This document shows, piece after piece, positions 1-10,748 of a stretch of DNA of 64,000 bases. Position 1 is the stretch's first letter, and every line of letters starts with the position of its first letter. The position numbers and the translations under genes are program-made. The notes under the pieces were generated by a model. The model did no database searches and had not been told where the DNA came from. It saw only the letters and a list, made by a program, of their open reading frames with translations. The stretch comes from Pseudobacter sp. (GTDB lineage: Bacteria; Bacteroidota; Bacteroidia; Chitinophagales; Chitinophagaceae). The stretch is from NCBI GenBank assembly GCA_017849455.1, contig JAFIGX010000007.1, positions 4,208 to 68,207 of the forward strand, written 5' to 3'.

Positions 1-2
1 AG

Positions 3-2306
3 GGCCATGCGGGAAAAATAACCGTCAGTGGCAATATTTACACCGGCCAGAGCCAGGTAACCCGCACAATGCCTATGATGAACACCGGGCAATACCTGTC
101 CATGCGGCATGAGGCATTGCATAACGACGGCTCCACACCCAACAATATTCCTTTCGATCCCGGTTATGCACCTGACTTATTGGGCTTTGATACGACCAAA
201 TACACCGATTGGAAAAAATATTTTATCGGAGGGACTGCCCATACTACTGATGCCAATGCGTCCATATCCGGCGGCTCATCCAATACCCAATTCTTTTTTG
301 GAGCGGGGTATCATCATGAAACTTATATATACCCTAGTGATTTTGCAGACAGGCGAATGAGCATGAGTTCCAATTTGCATCATAATTCCGGCAACAGGCG
401 GCTCAATATTGATTTTTCCTTCAAATATTCCTATGACTATAACAAGTCCTCTGGCAATGCCAATTTACTGGCTGCTTTTACATTACCTCCCAATTTCCCT
501 GATCTATTTAAGCCTAATGGGGATATTAACTGGAATTACAATGGCGTTTCGCTTGGGGCTTATAGCCTCGGATTAGTTACCAACCCTGCCGGTTTTCTGA
601 AACAGCCTTATTTCACCAAAACCTACAATCTGATTAGTAATTTTCAGATCGGATATGAAATTTTTAAAGGGTTGACCCTACGTTCGAGCTTTGGGTACAA
701 TACTGTTACGGCTAACGAATATTCCAGCTATCCTAAATCGGCTCAGGATCCTGTGAATTATCCATCTTCTCACGCCAGCTTTGGCCTGAATGATTACAAG
801 ACCTGGATCATAGAACCGCAGGTGGAATACAAAAAAACATGGGGCAGAGGCCGGTTGAATGTGTTGCTGGGGGGCACCTTCCAGCAGAATACGAATGACA
901 AGATGATTGAACGCGGAGATAATTATAGCAATGATCTGCTGCTCTATTCTTTAGCCGGCGCTGCAGCAGTCTCTGCAGGTAAAAATTATAGCCTGTATAA
1001 ATACAATGCTTTTTTTGGCAGGATCAATTATATCTGGGACAACAAATACATTCTCAATGTTTCCGGCCGCCGGGATGGCTCGAGCCGGTTTGGTCCGGGC
1101 AGGCAATTTGGGAATTTTGGTTCGCTGGGCGCCGGCTGGCTGTTTTCTGAAGCATCTTTCATCAAAGACCAATTGCCTTTTTTAAGTTATGGAAAGCTGC
1201 GAACTTCCTATGGAACCGTGGGGAGCGATGGCATCGATGACTATAAGTTTTTATCCGCCTATGTTCCTTTTGGCTATCCATACCAGGGGTCTCCAGCCTA
1301 TTTTCCCCAGGGATTATTCAACGCAAAATTGAACTGGTCTCTTTCCAAAAATTTTGAAATGGGGCTCGAGTTGGGATTTTTGAAAGATCGTATATTGGCT
1401 GCTGTCGCCTGGTACAGAATCCGCACTGGTAACCAGCTGGTCAGCTACAGACTACCTAGTCAGACTGGTTTTGGCAGCATACTTAAAAATGCACCCTATA
1501 CCGTGCAAAATTCCGGTTGGGAAATTTCAGTCAGCTCTACCAATATTAAGACAAAGCGGTTTAGCTGGAGTACCTCTTTTAATATCACCATTCCAAAAAA
1601 TGTGCTCTTATCTTTTCCCGGGATAGACCAATCTCCTTATGTGGGGACATATTTGGTGGGGCAATCGTTGAATGTTGTTCAAAGAGTAAAATATTTGGGC
1701 GTTAACGATACCACTGGCCTGTTTCAATTTCTGACAGCCAAAGGAGTTCCTACTTATTCTCCAAATACAGCTCCGGAGAGTTTGGGAGGGGATTTGGTGC
1801 CCGTCGGCAATACGGATCCTAAGTTCTATGGAGGATTAAAAAATACATTCAACTATCGCGGTTTTCAACTTGATATATTTGTTGAATTCAGGAAACAATT
1901 TGGCGTTAATTATTTAGGGCAGGTCTACTCACAAGGCCTGGTAGGTGGAATTTTCAATCTCCCCGCTTCGTTTGTCTCCCGTTGGCAGAAGTCAGGTGAT
2001 TACATGGATATCCAGAAATTCTCTGTCCAATATAGAGACGCGTATTCCACGGCAAATTATTTTTATAATTATTCCAGTGGTCCCTATAGTGATGCTTCTT
2101 TTATCCGGTGTAAGTCGGTTTCATTGTCCTATAATTTCCCGGGAAGTTATTTAAAAAGGTTGAAGATGGAAGGATTGAGTCTTTATGTGAATGCCCAGAA
2201 TTTATTTACTATCACCAGCTATAAAGGAAATGATCCGGAAAATCAAAGCTTCTATTCCTTGCCTCCTTTAAGGACGATCGTGGCCGGTCTTCAATTTAAC
2301 TTTTAA
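3..2306 (+). CDS. SusC/RagA-family TonB-dependent outer-membrane transporter, C-terminal part (5' end lies outside the window)
   Basis: The frame is open from position 3, upstream of the listed Met. It is beta-barrel-like, rich in Y/G/N, and ends in the typical aromatic terminus ...GLQFNF. A SusD-like gene follows immediately. Confidence 0.85.
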   Translation, partial: GHAGKITVSGNIYTGQSQVTRTMPMMNTGQYLSMRHEALHNDGSTPNNIPFDPGYAPDLLGFDTTKYTDWKKYFIGGTAHTTDANASISGGSSNTQFFFGAGYHHETYIYPSDFADRRMSMSSNLHHNSGNRRLNIDFSFKYSYDYNKSSGNANLLAAFTLPPNFPDLFKPNGDINWNYNGVSLGAYSLGLVTNPAGFLKQPYFTKTYNLISNFQIGYEIFKGLTLRSSFGYNTVTANEYSSYPKSAQDPVNYPSSHASFGLNDYKTWIIEPQVEYKKTWGRGRLNVLLGGTFQQNTNDKMIERGDNYSNDLLLYSLAGAAAVSAGKNYSLYKYNAFFGRINYIWDNKYILNVSGRRDGSSRFGPGRQFGNFGSLGAGWLFSEASFIKDQLPFLSYGKLRTSYGTVGSDGIDDYKFLSAYVPFGYPYQGSPAYFPQGLFNAKLNWSLSKNFEMGLELGFLKDRILAAVAWYRIRTGNQLVSYRLPSQTGFGSILKNAPYTVQNSGWEISVSSTNIKTKRFSWSTSFNITIPKNVLLSFPGIDQSPYVGTYLVGQSLNVVQRVKYLGVNDTTGLFQFLTAKGVPTYSPNTAPESLGGDLVPVGNTDPKFYGGLKNTFNYRGFQLDIFVEFRKQFGVNYLGQVYSQGLVGGIFNLPASFVSRWQKSGDYMDIQKFSVQYRDAYSTANYFYNYSSGPYSDASFIRCKSVSLSYNFPGSYLKRLKMEGLSLYVNAQNLFTITSYKGNDPENQSFYSLPPLRTIVAGLQFNF

Positions 2307-2318
2307 AAATCAAAAATA

Positions 2319-3752
2319 ATGAGTGCTATATATTTTACGAACAGGAAATGGATAGACTGCTTCTGCCTCGTTTTTCTGGTAATAGCCGGAGGGTGCAAAA
2401 AATTTGTTCAGATCCCCCCGGCTCCCAATCTGATTGTTACTTCGCAGGTATTTTCAGACAGTGCGGATGCCGATGCCGCGGTATTAGGTTTATACTTTTA
2501 TATGACATACGGCCCAACAACGTTATTGCCATACAACGGAGGGATTACTGTATATAGCGGATTGTCTGCTGATGAGCTCTATCCAACCACCGGATCGGCC
2601 GTGGGAAGGGCCTTGGAAAAGGAGCTTTATACCAATGCTATTCTTCCCACAAATAACCTTGCCGGTGGCCAATGGCAAGCCTGTTATCAGTTTATCTACC
2701 AGGCAAATGCAGTCATAGAAAACCTGACAGGCAGCACTACCCTGTCCTCTTCAGCCCACGATCAGTTAATCGGGGAGGCCAGGTTCGTAAGAGCCATGAT
2801 GTATTTTAACCTGGTTAATTTATTCGGAGCAGTACCATATTGTACCAGCACTAACTATGAGATCAATGCGGTTATGCCCCGCACACCTGTTGATTCAGTC
2901 TATAGGGGCATTATCAGCGACCTTCTTCAGGCCCAGCGTATGTTACCAGACAAATATGTGACGGCGGGCCGTGTGAGACCGAATTCCTATACTGCTTCGG
3001 CCCTGTTATCCCGGGCCTATTTATACCAGAAAGATTGGGTTAATGCCGAGATTACCGCTACACGGATCATCAATAATTCAGGAACTTATAAGCTGATGAA
3101 TAATTTGAATGAAGTTTTCCTTTCTTCTTTATCATCACCCAATATGGAGGCCATCTGGCAACTAATACCGGCCTATCCGGGATTTGAAACCACTGAGGGT
3201 TATTCCTTTGTGCCAGGCAGTACTGGAATTATTCCTAATTATGTGATCAGCGATTTTCTGTTATCTGCCTTTGAAGCGGGCGACCAGCGTAAAACATCCT
3301 GGATCAATGCCAATACAGTGGGGAGGCAATCCTATAGTTACCCTTATAAATATAAGCGTGGGAGAGATGGGGACGGTGTGGAACTGTATATGGTTTTCCG
3401 GGTAGCGGAACAGTACCTGATCCGGGCCGAGGCGCGCGCCAAGCAGGGAAAACCGGATGAAGCAATGGCTGATTTGAACAGCATACGCAACCGGGCAGGG
3501 CTTCCACCTGTGAGCGCCGGCACAACCGAAGAATTACTCTCTGCCATATACCATGAGAGGCAAATTGAACTGTTTTGCGAATGGGGACATAGATGGTATG
3601 ATTTGAAAAGAACCGAACGTGTCAATACCGTGATGTCAGTAGTTACCCCCAGCAAAGGAGGCATCTGGGATCCTAACTGGCAACTGTATCCGATCTCTCA
3701 AACTGAACTAAATCAAAACCATTTTCTAACACAGAACCCGGGTTATCATTAA
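2319..3752 (+). CDS. SusD/RagB-family nutrient-binding outer-membrane lipoprotein
   Basis: Lipoprotein-type N-terminus (..IAGGCKK). Characteristic C-terminal region RAEARAKQGK...IRNRAGL...ERQIELFCEWGHRWYDLKR. It sits 13 nt after the SusC-like gene. Confidence 0.9.
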   Translation: MSAIYFTNRKWIDCFCLVFLVIAGGCKKFVQIPPAPNLIVTSQVFSDSADADAAVLGLYFYMTYGPTTLLPYNGGITVYSGLSADELYPTTGSAVGRALEKELYTNAILPTNNLAGGQWQACYQFIYQANAVIENLTGSTTLSSSAHDQLIGEARFVRAMMYFNLVNLFGAVPYCTSTNYEINAVMPRTPVDSVYRGIISDLLQAQRMLPDKYVTAGRVRPNSYTASALLSRAYLYQKDWVNAEITATRIINNSGTYKLMNNLNEVFLSSLSSPNMEAIWQLIPAYPGFETTEGYSFVPGSTGIIPNYVISDFLLSAFEAGDQRKTSWINANTVGRQSYSYPYKYKRGRDGDGVELYMVFRVAEQYLIRAEARAKQGKPDEAMADLNSIRNRAGLPPVSAGTTEELLSAIYHERQIELFCEWGHRWYDLKRTERVNTVMSVVTPSKGGIWDPNWQLYPISQTELNQNHFLTQNPGYH

Positions 3753-3781
3753 TCAGTATAGAACCAGCTGAAAAAATTTAT

Positions 3782-5182
3782 ATGAAAAAAATAAAATTAA
3801 TTACCATTCTTCTTTTTCTGGTTATCTGCCTGCGGGGCCAAACCAGTTTACAATCCATCCAGGCACTAAAACCAGGAGAAAAAGTACCGGACATGGAGCT
3901 CATTTTTCATTATCGCGATTCAGTGGCAAAGCCCTGCCATTTGAGCGATTTTAAGGGGAAAATGATTTTATTAGATACCTGGGCGACAGATTGTACGCCA
4001 TGCATTGCCGGTTTACCTTATATGCAGGAACTCCAGGAAAAGTATGCAGACAAACTGAAGGTGATTGTGTACACGGCTCAGGATGAAAAAGACTATAACA
4101 AACTCTGGAAGGTTCTTGAGAAAAGAATATTCTCTAATACGGTCCTTGATGCCGCTACAAAGCTGCCGGCTGTTTTGGGAGACACCATATTCAGCAAATT
4201 ATTTCCAAGTCCAACTGCGGGAACAAAAATATGGATCGATTCTGCCGGAAGATACCAGGCCATGACCTATGAAGGCAAGCCCTCGGGAAGCACGGTGGAA
4301 GATTTGTGGGCAGGAAAAAAAATTGTGTCTGATAAACTGTATATACCCGATATCTGGTCGGATAGCCAGAGAAGAAAATGGATGGAAAAGAGGATGGGAT
4401 TTACGGATCATCTGTTGAATTATTCAGTATTGGCCCGGTATGATGAAAAAGTACGTAGTGCTTCATGGGATGAGCTGTTCAAAATCGATTCCTCGACTGG
4501 AAAAATTATTGGCATAACTATGCTCAATAAATGCATCAAGGATTTATACACGATGGCCTGGTTGAAAAAAGGCATACCTGACAATGATTTCCTTGCCCTG
4601 TCGAAGGATCCGGAAGCTTGCTATTCAACATCAAATAAAAGCAAAAATTGGAAGGATGGGGTGAACTGGATGGAAAACCATCTGTATTGTTATACGCTGC
4701 AAATTCCATCTACTTCAAATGAGGATGCTTTGGCAGTAATGAGAAAGGACCTGGAGCGTTATTTTGGAATGAGAGGCAGTATGGAAAACAGGAAAATGAA
4801 ATGCTGGATACTCAAAAGAATAACAACTGAAGACAAAATCAAAACAAAAGATAAAACTGCCAAAGAAATAAGCGATGTAATTTTTGAGGACAACGGAGAG
4901 AAAAGACTTGTTATAAAAAATTCACAGGGAGGGGTCACTGGTAGAATACTAGGGGAAATTAAGTACTATTATTTCAAAGACTCCCTATGGGGCGCTTCCG
5001 CCTGTACATTTATTGATGAAACTAATTATAAAGGTAGCGTAGATATCGACTTGCCGTTAGGCATGGGAAATTGCTCTGTCCCTTTATTGCGTAAGGAGTT
5101 GCAGAAATATGGATTGGATCTGGTACAGGAATACAGAGTAAGAAAATTATTTGTTTTACGGGATATTAGCCTTAAGAAATAA
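3782..5182 (+). CDS. Exported TlpA/AhpC-TSA-like thioredoxin-fold protein with a long C-terminal domain of unknown function
   Basis: Signal peptide, then LLDTWATDCTPCIAGLP (CxxC motif, CTPC). The C-terminal ~300 aa are unrecognised; any resemblance to soil-bacterial DUF3738/TIGR03435-type proteins is only tentative. Confidence 0.65.
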   Translation: MKKIKLITILLFLVICLRGQTSLQSIQALKPGEKVPDMELIFHYRDSVAKPCHLSDFKGKMILLDTWATDCTPCIAGLPYMQELQEKYADKLKVIVYTAQDEKDYNKLWKVLEKRIFSNTVLDAATKLPAVLGDTIFSKLFPSPTAGTKIWIDSAGRYQAMTYEGKPSGSTVEDLWAGKKIVSDKLYIPDIWSDSQRRKWMEKRMGFTDHLLNYSVLARYDEKVRSASWDELFKIDSSTGKIIGITMLNKCIKDLYTMAWLKKGIPDNDFLALSKDPEACYSTSNKSKNWKDGVNWMENHLYCYTLQIPSTSNEDALAVMRKDLERYFGMRGSMENRKMKCWILKRITTEDKIKTKDKTAKEISDVIFEDNGEKRLVIKNSQGGVTGRILGEIKYYYFKDSLWGASACTFIDETNYKGSVDIDLPLGMGNCSVPLLRKELQKYGLDLVQEYRVRKLFVLRDISLKK

Positions 5183-5237
5183 ATTAAAGTGGGCTGGTAC
5201 TAAAAATAAATAGTTAGGCAACTTAATTGTATTGATA

Positions 5238-6584
5238 ATGATTGGACAATTTTCAATTTCAAAGAGAATAATATCCCTGCTTGTTATTTTAGTGATAATA
5301 AATAAAGTGTTTTGCCAGACATCTAAGCATATTATTCTCGTCACTATAGATGGGCTTCGCCCTGAGTTTTATTTAAGCAATGAATATGCTGCTCCTAATC
5401 TGAAACTATTAATGAAGGAGGGATCTTATGCAAAAGAAGTTATGGATGTATTTCCCGCGGTTACTTATCCCAACCATACTTCCATTATCACAGGAGTGCT
5501 TCCGGCAAAACATGGCATCTATTGCAATGAACCTTTTGAACCGGACAGCATTACCGGAAAATGGTTCTGGTATGCGGATTCCATTAAAGCGCCTACACTC
5601 TGGCAGGTATTGCATCAGCATCATTTAAAAACGGCTTCTGTACTATGGCCCGTTACAGTAAATGCGGATATTGATTATGATGTGCCCGATATATGGGACA
5701 CAAAAACATACGACCGTGCAGCGCCTATCCAACAATTTATTCATCCAAAAGATCTATGGCAGGAATTGCAGCAAAACGCAACAGGAGTTTTGACAACGGA
5801 TGATTTGAACGAAGGAAGATTTTCATTGGATGAAAACAGCACGAGAATAGCAGGTTATATCATACGAACATATAAACCTGCGCTGCTTGCGCTTCACTTA
5901 ATCAATGTGGATGACATGCAGCATGAATACGGCAGAGATGCAGACAGTGTACAACTAGTCGTAGCTAATGCAGATCACTGCATCGGTCAATTGTTGGAAG
6001 CCATAGACAGAGCAGGCATCAAAGACAGTACCACGATCATCATTACAGGCGATCACGGCTTTATGGATATTCAACAAACTATATTTCCAAATGTATGGCT
6101 GGCAAAGAACGGATTTATCAATGGCAAAGAATGGAAAGCAAAATTTCATTCAGGAAGGGGGTCGGGTTTCCTGCGATTGTATGACCCGAACGATAAAACT
6201 ACACTCAATTCGGTAAAAGCAATGCTCAATGTATTACCCGATTCAGTCAGGAATATGTTTACTATTATTGAAAAAGAAGAACTGCAAAGATTGGGAGCAT
6301 ATTCTGATGCAGTATTAACAATTGTTCCTAAAGATGGTATTTCAGTTGGCGCATCATCGAAAGGCGAAGCCATTCGTCCGGCTGCACAGAAAGGGACACA
6401 TGGCTATTTGCCAGCGAATCCAAAAATGAAAACAGGATTTATTGTTTATGGTGCAGGAATAAGAAAAGGAACGGTAATATCTGAGATGAGCTTGTTGGAT
6501 ATTGCTCCACTAATTGCAAAATTATTAGGTATTGATTTTATTACATCTGACGGTAAATTAATTCAAGAAATAATAAAAGAATAA
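5238..6584 (+). CDS. Type I phosphodiesterase / nucleotide pyrophosphatase (alkaline-phosphatase superfamily), exported
   Basis: Motifs ILVTIDGLRPEF, FPAVTYPNHTSIITG, IIITGDHGF and GTHGY. The ATG at 5238 is preferred over the TTG at 5232. Confidence 0.8.
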   Translation: MIGQFSISKRIISLLVILVIINKVFCQTSKHIILVTIDGLRPEFYLSNEYAAPNLKLLMKEGSYAKEVMDVFPAVTYPNHTSIITGVLPAKHGIYCNEPFEPDSITGKWFWYADSIKAPTLWQVLHQHHLKTASVLWPVTVNADIDYDVPDIWDTKTYDRAAPIQQFIHPKDLWQELQQNATGVLTTDDLNEGRFSLDENSTRIAGYIIRTYKPALLALHLINVDDMQHEYGRDADSVQLVVANADHCIGQLLEAIDRAGIKDSTTIIITGDHGFMDIQQTIFPNVWLAKNGFINGKEWKAKFHSGRGSGFLRLYDPNDKTTLNSVKAMLNVLPDSVRNMFTIIEKEELQRLGAYSDAVLTIVPKDGISVGASSKGEAIRPAAQKGTHGYLPANPKMKTGFIVYGAGIRKGTVISEMSLLDIAPLIAKLLGIDFITSDGKLIQEIIKE

Positions 6585-6585
6585 A

Positions 6586-7038
6586 ATGAAGAAAAGAATA
6601 ATCCTGTCTGCGTTGGTTGCATTTGTTGCTTCCATAACATTTGCACAAACTCTGGTGCAATGGAATTACAGCACTAAAAAGATTGCTGACAAAACCTATG
6701 AAGTTCACCTTACCGCTACTATAGATGACAACTGGCATTTGTACAGCCAGCGCCAACCCGAAGATGCCATTGCAATGCCCACAGCAATAAAATTTACTCC
6801 TAACCCGTTGTTAATTTTTACTGGTATCATAAAAGAAATAGGCAAAATGGAAAAGCACACTGATAAAACGCTCGGAATAACCCAGAATCAATACTCAAAC
6901 AAGGTGGATTTTGTACAAGTCGTAAAATTGAAAGGAAAAGCAAAAACGAATGTAAGCGGTGATATACAGTATCAGGCATGTACCGATGAAAATTGTTTGC
7001 CGCCTAAGACAGTGCAATTTAGTGTGTCATTACAATGA
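6586..7038 (+). CDS. DsbD N-terminal-domain-like (thiol:disulfide interchange) periplasmic protein
   Basis: Signal peptide. The C-terminal motif QYQACTDENCLPP is typical of the DsbD alpha domain. Its start lies 1 nt after the stop of the previous gene. Confidence 0.55.
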   Translation: MKKRIILSALVAFVASITFAQTLVQWNYSTKKIADKTYEVHLTATIDDNWHLYSQRQPEDAIAMPTAIKFTPNPLLIFTGIIKEIGKMEKHTDKTLGITQNQYSNKVDFVQVVKLKGKAKTNVSGDIQYQACTDENCLPPKTVQFSVSLQ

Positions 7039-8242
7039 ACAGTTTTCTCATGTGAAATCGGATGCCATAGCAATAAGGTATCCATTCAGAGAGTTTGTTT
7101 CTACATACTCTCTTTATATCATAAAGCAGGGACTTATAACAAAATCGAGCCCGGCGAATTACAGGCTTTCTCATAAAGCAGAATAGTCTCGATAGCTATC
7201 GGGGTGGTTATGGTGGGGATGTAAAATAGCGCCTCCCCCTTTTATCCAATATTACTGAAGGAAGAGATAATGGGTACTCATTAGGATTTGGAATTATCCG
7301 GCTGTCCCGGTTTTACAAGCTGCAGATGCGCCAGATCCGGGTCTTTGCGGATGCGTTCAATCTCCTGCTCGATAATATCGGTTACTTCGTTTTTGATGCA
7401 GATATAGTTCTTTTGTATTTCCTGTGCAGTAATGTTCCTGATTTTGTTGTGCTGGGACTAAGTTACATCATAATTTAAAAGCAAATCACACCTCCACTCC
7501 ATTTCGGCTGAAATGAAACTACACAATACTCTTCAACATCCCTTCTTCTCCTCAACAATGGAAAAAGTTTTTTTCTTCCCAGTAAATGGTTAAATTTAAC
7601 CGCAATTCGTTTATATTTGAACTTCTCTTCTTGACACGATTAAGTCATAAGGTTCCTGACTCTCCATCCGGTCCAACGCATTAAACCTACAGCGCTCTTT
7701 CATTAGAATTTTTAATCCCGTTCCAACAACCCAATTGGGACCAAAAATCCTTTCAATTCCTAAATGATTAGCAATTGAATTTTGAAATGGATCTTGCTTT
7801 ATCTATTAATAACCTTTCGGTTAAATCATCCATAAATAAATGGTCGAATTGAATAAAGATACTTGCTTTTGAGTTGGATCAAGTAAGGCATCAGGGTAAA
7901 CGTTGGAAAAAATAATGGTCATAAATTGGAGGTATAATTTAAGGTAAAAAATTATACATTTACCATTGCTTATGGCTCATTTATACATGCCATCTTATTC
8001 GCATCTTTTGCATCAACCCTTTTCACTAAATACGGATACCAGTATATCGATTTCATTTATTAACGATCGTCATACTTGAACGAATGGATCCGGCCAGGCA
8101 GGCGCTCATTGATTTCCCAAAAAATTGCCTGAAGAATTGCACTTGGTATTCAGTTGAATTATCTTAGGCCCCTTTAACCCAGAACTGTTTTATATAAAAC
8201 ACAAAACCTCCACCATCTAACTCTGTCCTCCCGCGACCTTCC

Positions 8243-10651
8243 ATGAAAAAAGTAATCACCATCTCACTCCTCTCCATTCTCTTCTCCCCCGGCCTCCATT
8301 CCCAGGTACAATCCATGGAAAAGGCACTGGCATCCATCCCCAAAAAAGGAATAGTCGCTGAAAATATTTATGCCCACTGGTCTCAAACCATCTGCATGGC
8401 AGGTGACACATTATTTTTCAAAGCCTATGTACTTCAGGGAATGAAATTCTCCGATAAAAGCACCTGCCTCTATGTCGACCTCTTCGATAAGCGCGGTTAT
8501 CTGATGGCCATGAAAACCTTTCCCATTGTCTCTGGCATTTCCCTCGGGCAAATAGAGATACCTCCTACCATGTCGGCAGGCTTATATTATGTCAGGGCAT
8601 ATACGAAATATCAACTCAACTTCGATTTTCAATCCATCTATCAGGTACCTGTCTCCGTTATAGACCCAAAATCCGATAAAGCCATTTTGTTCAGCAGGAA
8701 AATACCCCAACTCTTCAATGAACAGGCCGATAGCGTCATGATCATTGGTAACTATTCTTCCAAGGGATTCTATTATACCATCATGGCCGACGAACATTGC
8801 CCCTACATCGACTCTGCTTTGTCCCTCTATTTTATCTCGGCAGCCATGACAGGCAAAAGCGATTTCATCCTGAAAAAAGACAGCCCTGTTTCCTTCCTGC
8901 TTCCTCCTTCGCCTGCCTCCACCTCACAGGCACTCGATGTGGTGTTGCTCTCCGCTTCCGGTAAAGTGATCCTGCAAAGCAGGCTGGCGCCACCCTCCCC
9001 GGAAATACCGGTCGAGATCATCACCGATACCCTGAATAAGAAGGAAAAAGGGTTGAACAAATGGACCGTCCATGTTAAAGACACCAGTATCGCTACCCTT
9101 TCCATGACCATCACCGACGCCGATATCGATAGCAACCAGGTCTGCATCAATCACTGCATCTCCACCACAGGGTTCAATTACCGCCAACTGCTGGAAAATA
9201 AATTTCCCCGAATAGACCAGGTGGATTCAACCTATATCACCCTTACCGGAAAAGCTTTGAAGAGCTCCGATAAATCAACGATCAGGAATAAGACCCTCAT
9301 CGCTTTTTTCAACACCAAAGATTCAACCAAGTCCTTTGAAACCCTCTCCATAGATACCGCAGGCCGGTTTGAATTGAAAAACTTATTCTTCTACGATACG
9401 GCCACTATTCACTTCCAGCTCCAGGAGAAGGAGCGTAAATCGAAAGATATCGAATTGAGGTTCGACCGGTTCTTCCGGCCCCCATTCTTTATCGACACCA
9501 ACCAGTATGTTTTCAGAACGAGAACGAACATGCAGCAAACATCGCTGGCAGATGTTACCAAAAGAAAGGACGATCTTTTTAGTTACGACAAGATCGGCAC
9601 GCTAAAGGCCGTGGTTGTAAAAGCTAACAGGAAAACGAAGGTGGAAAGAATGGACGAAGAATATACCAACGGGGCATTCAGAGGAGGCATCAATGCCAGG
9701 AGCTTCGACCTGATCAACGATAATATGGCCTTGGGCACGCCTAATGTGCTGGAGTATCTTACTACCAGGATGCCTTCTGTTCAGATTAGCCGGAAAGATG
9801 GGAAAGTAACCGGCCTCAGTTACCGGCAGGAATCCCTTGCTTTCTTTCTCAATGAAATGCCCTGCGATGTTGATCAGATACTGAATCTTCCCATGTCACA
9901 GATCGCTTATGTAAAAGTACTTCCCCCTCCCTTCGTTGGAGCCTTCCTGATGAAAGGGGCCGTCAGCGTTTACACCAAAACAGGCAGTGAATTGGAAACC
10001 CCGGAACCCAAACCGCTCAGTGAAGTAGTAGTATCCGCGAAAAACCTCCATAAGAAACTGGATAAAGCTTATGCCACCGGCCTGTTCTCTGCAACTGCCG
10101 ACCATGCTATAGACCTGCGCTCGTCACAAAAAGAGTTCGATCTTTTTAGTTATCTGAAAGAGAAGATACCCGGGTTCGATTACAGAGACCAGGGCATGAG
10201 TACCTCCATCCTCTATAATAATAAACCCATAAAGATCTTCATCGACGAATGGGATGTGCAGCCCGGCCAGTTATCCATCTACCGCTATAACGTCAATTTT
10301 CTGGCCTATGCCAAGATCATCAGTTCATTCCCCGACCAGGGACATTTTATTCCCGTACTCGCTTTGTATACACGGCAGGGAGAAGATATCAGTGGAGCCC
10401 TTCCAGGGCTTAACCAGGCCCGATTGCCGGGGTTCGACAGGATCGTGAAGCAACGCCCTACGGAATACCCGGACAATAGCCGCTCCGATTACGCCGACAA
10501 CAGGATCAATCTCTTCTGGAACCCGATGGTGCATTCCGGCGAAAACCTCGTGAAGTTCTACAATAATGATTTCACCAAACGATTCAAAGTGATCATCGAA
10601 GGCATCGGCGCCAATGGCCAATTATTGCATTTTGAAAAGATCATTGAATAA
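8243..10651 (+). CDS. Large exported hypothetical protein (802 aa)
   Basis: Clear signal peptide (MKKVITISLLSILFSPGLHSQ) and a long uninterrupted ORF. No family is confidently recognised. Confidence 0.5.
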   Translation: MKKVITISLLSILFSPGLHSQVQSMEKALASIPKKGIVAENIYAHWSQTICMAGDTLFFKAYVLQGMKFSDKSTCLYVDLFDKRGYLMAMKTFPIVSGISLGQIEIPPTMSAGLYYVRAYTKYQLNFDFQSIYQVPVSVIDPKSDKAILFSRKIPQLFNEQADSVMIIGNYSSKGFYYTIMADEHCPYIDSALSLYFISAAMTGKSDFILKKDSPVSFLLPPSPASTSQALDVVLLSASGKVILQSRLAPPSPEIPVEIITDTLNKKEKGLNKWTVHVKDTSIATLSMTITDADIDSNQVCINHCISTTGFNYRQLLENKFPRIDQVDSTYITLTGKALKSSDKSTIRNKTLIAFFNTKDSTKSFETLSIDTAGRFELKNLFFYDTATIHFQLQEKERKSKDIELRFDRFFRPPFFIDTNQYVFRTRTNMQQTSLADVTKRKDDLFSYDKIGTLKAVVVKANRKTKVERMDEEYTNGAFRGGINARSFDLINDNMALGTPNVLEYLTTRMPSVQISRKDGKVTGLSYRQESLAFFLNEMPCDVDQILNLPMSQIAYVKVLPPPFVGAFLMKGAVSVYTKTGSELETPEPKPLSEVVVSAKNLHKKLDKAYATGLFSATADHAIDLRSSQKEFDLFSYLKEKIPGFDYRDQGMSTSILYNNKPIKIFIDEWDVQPGQLSIYRYNVNFLAYAKIISSFPDQGHFIPVLALYTRQGEDISGALPGLNQARLPGFDRIVKQRPTEYPDNSRSDYADNRINLFWNPMVHSGENLVKFYNNDFTKRFKVIIEGIGANGQLLHFEKIIE

Positions 10652-10748
10652 TACTGTCAACAAGTAATATTAATATGCTATTCGATTGTTAACCTACCCT
10701 CTCATCCCACAACTAATTCGTACCTTCCCTTTACAAAAACGATCTGCC

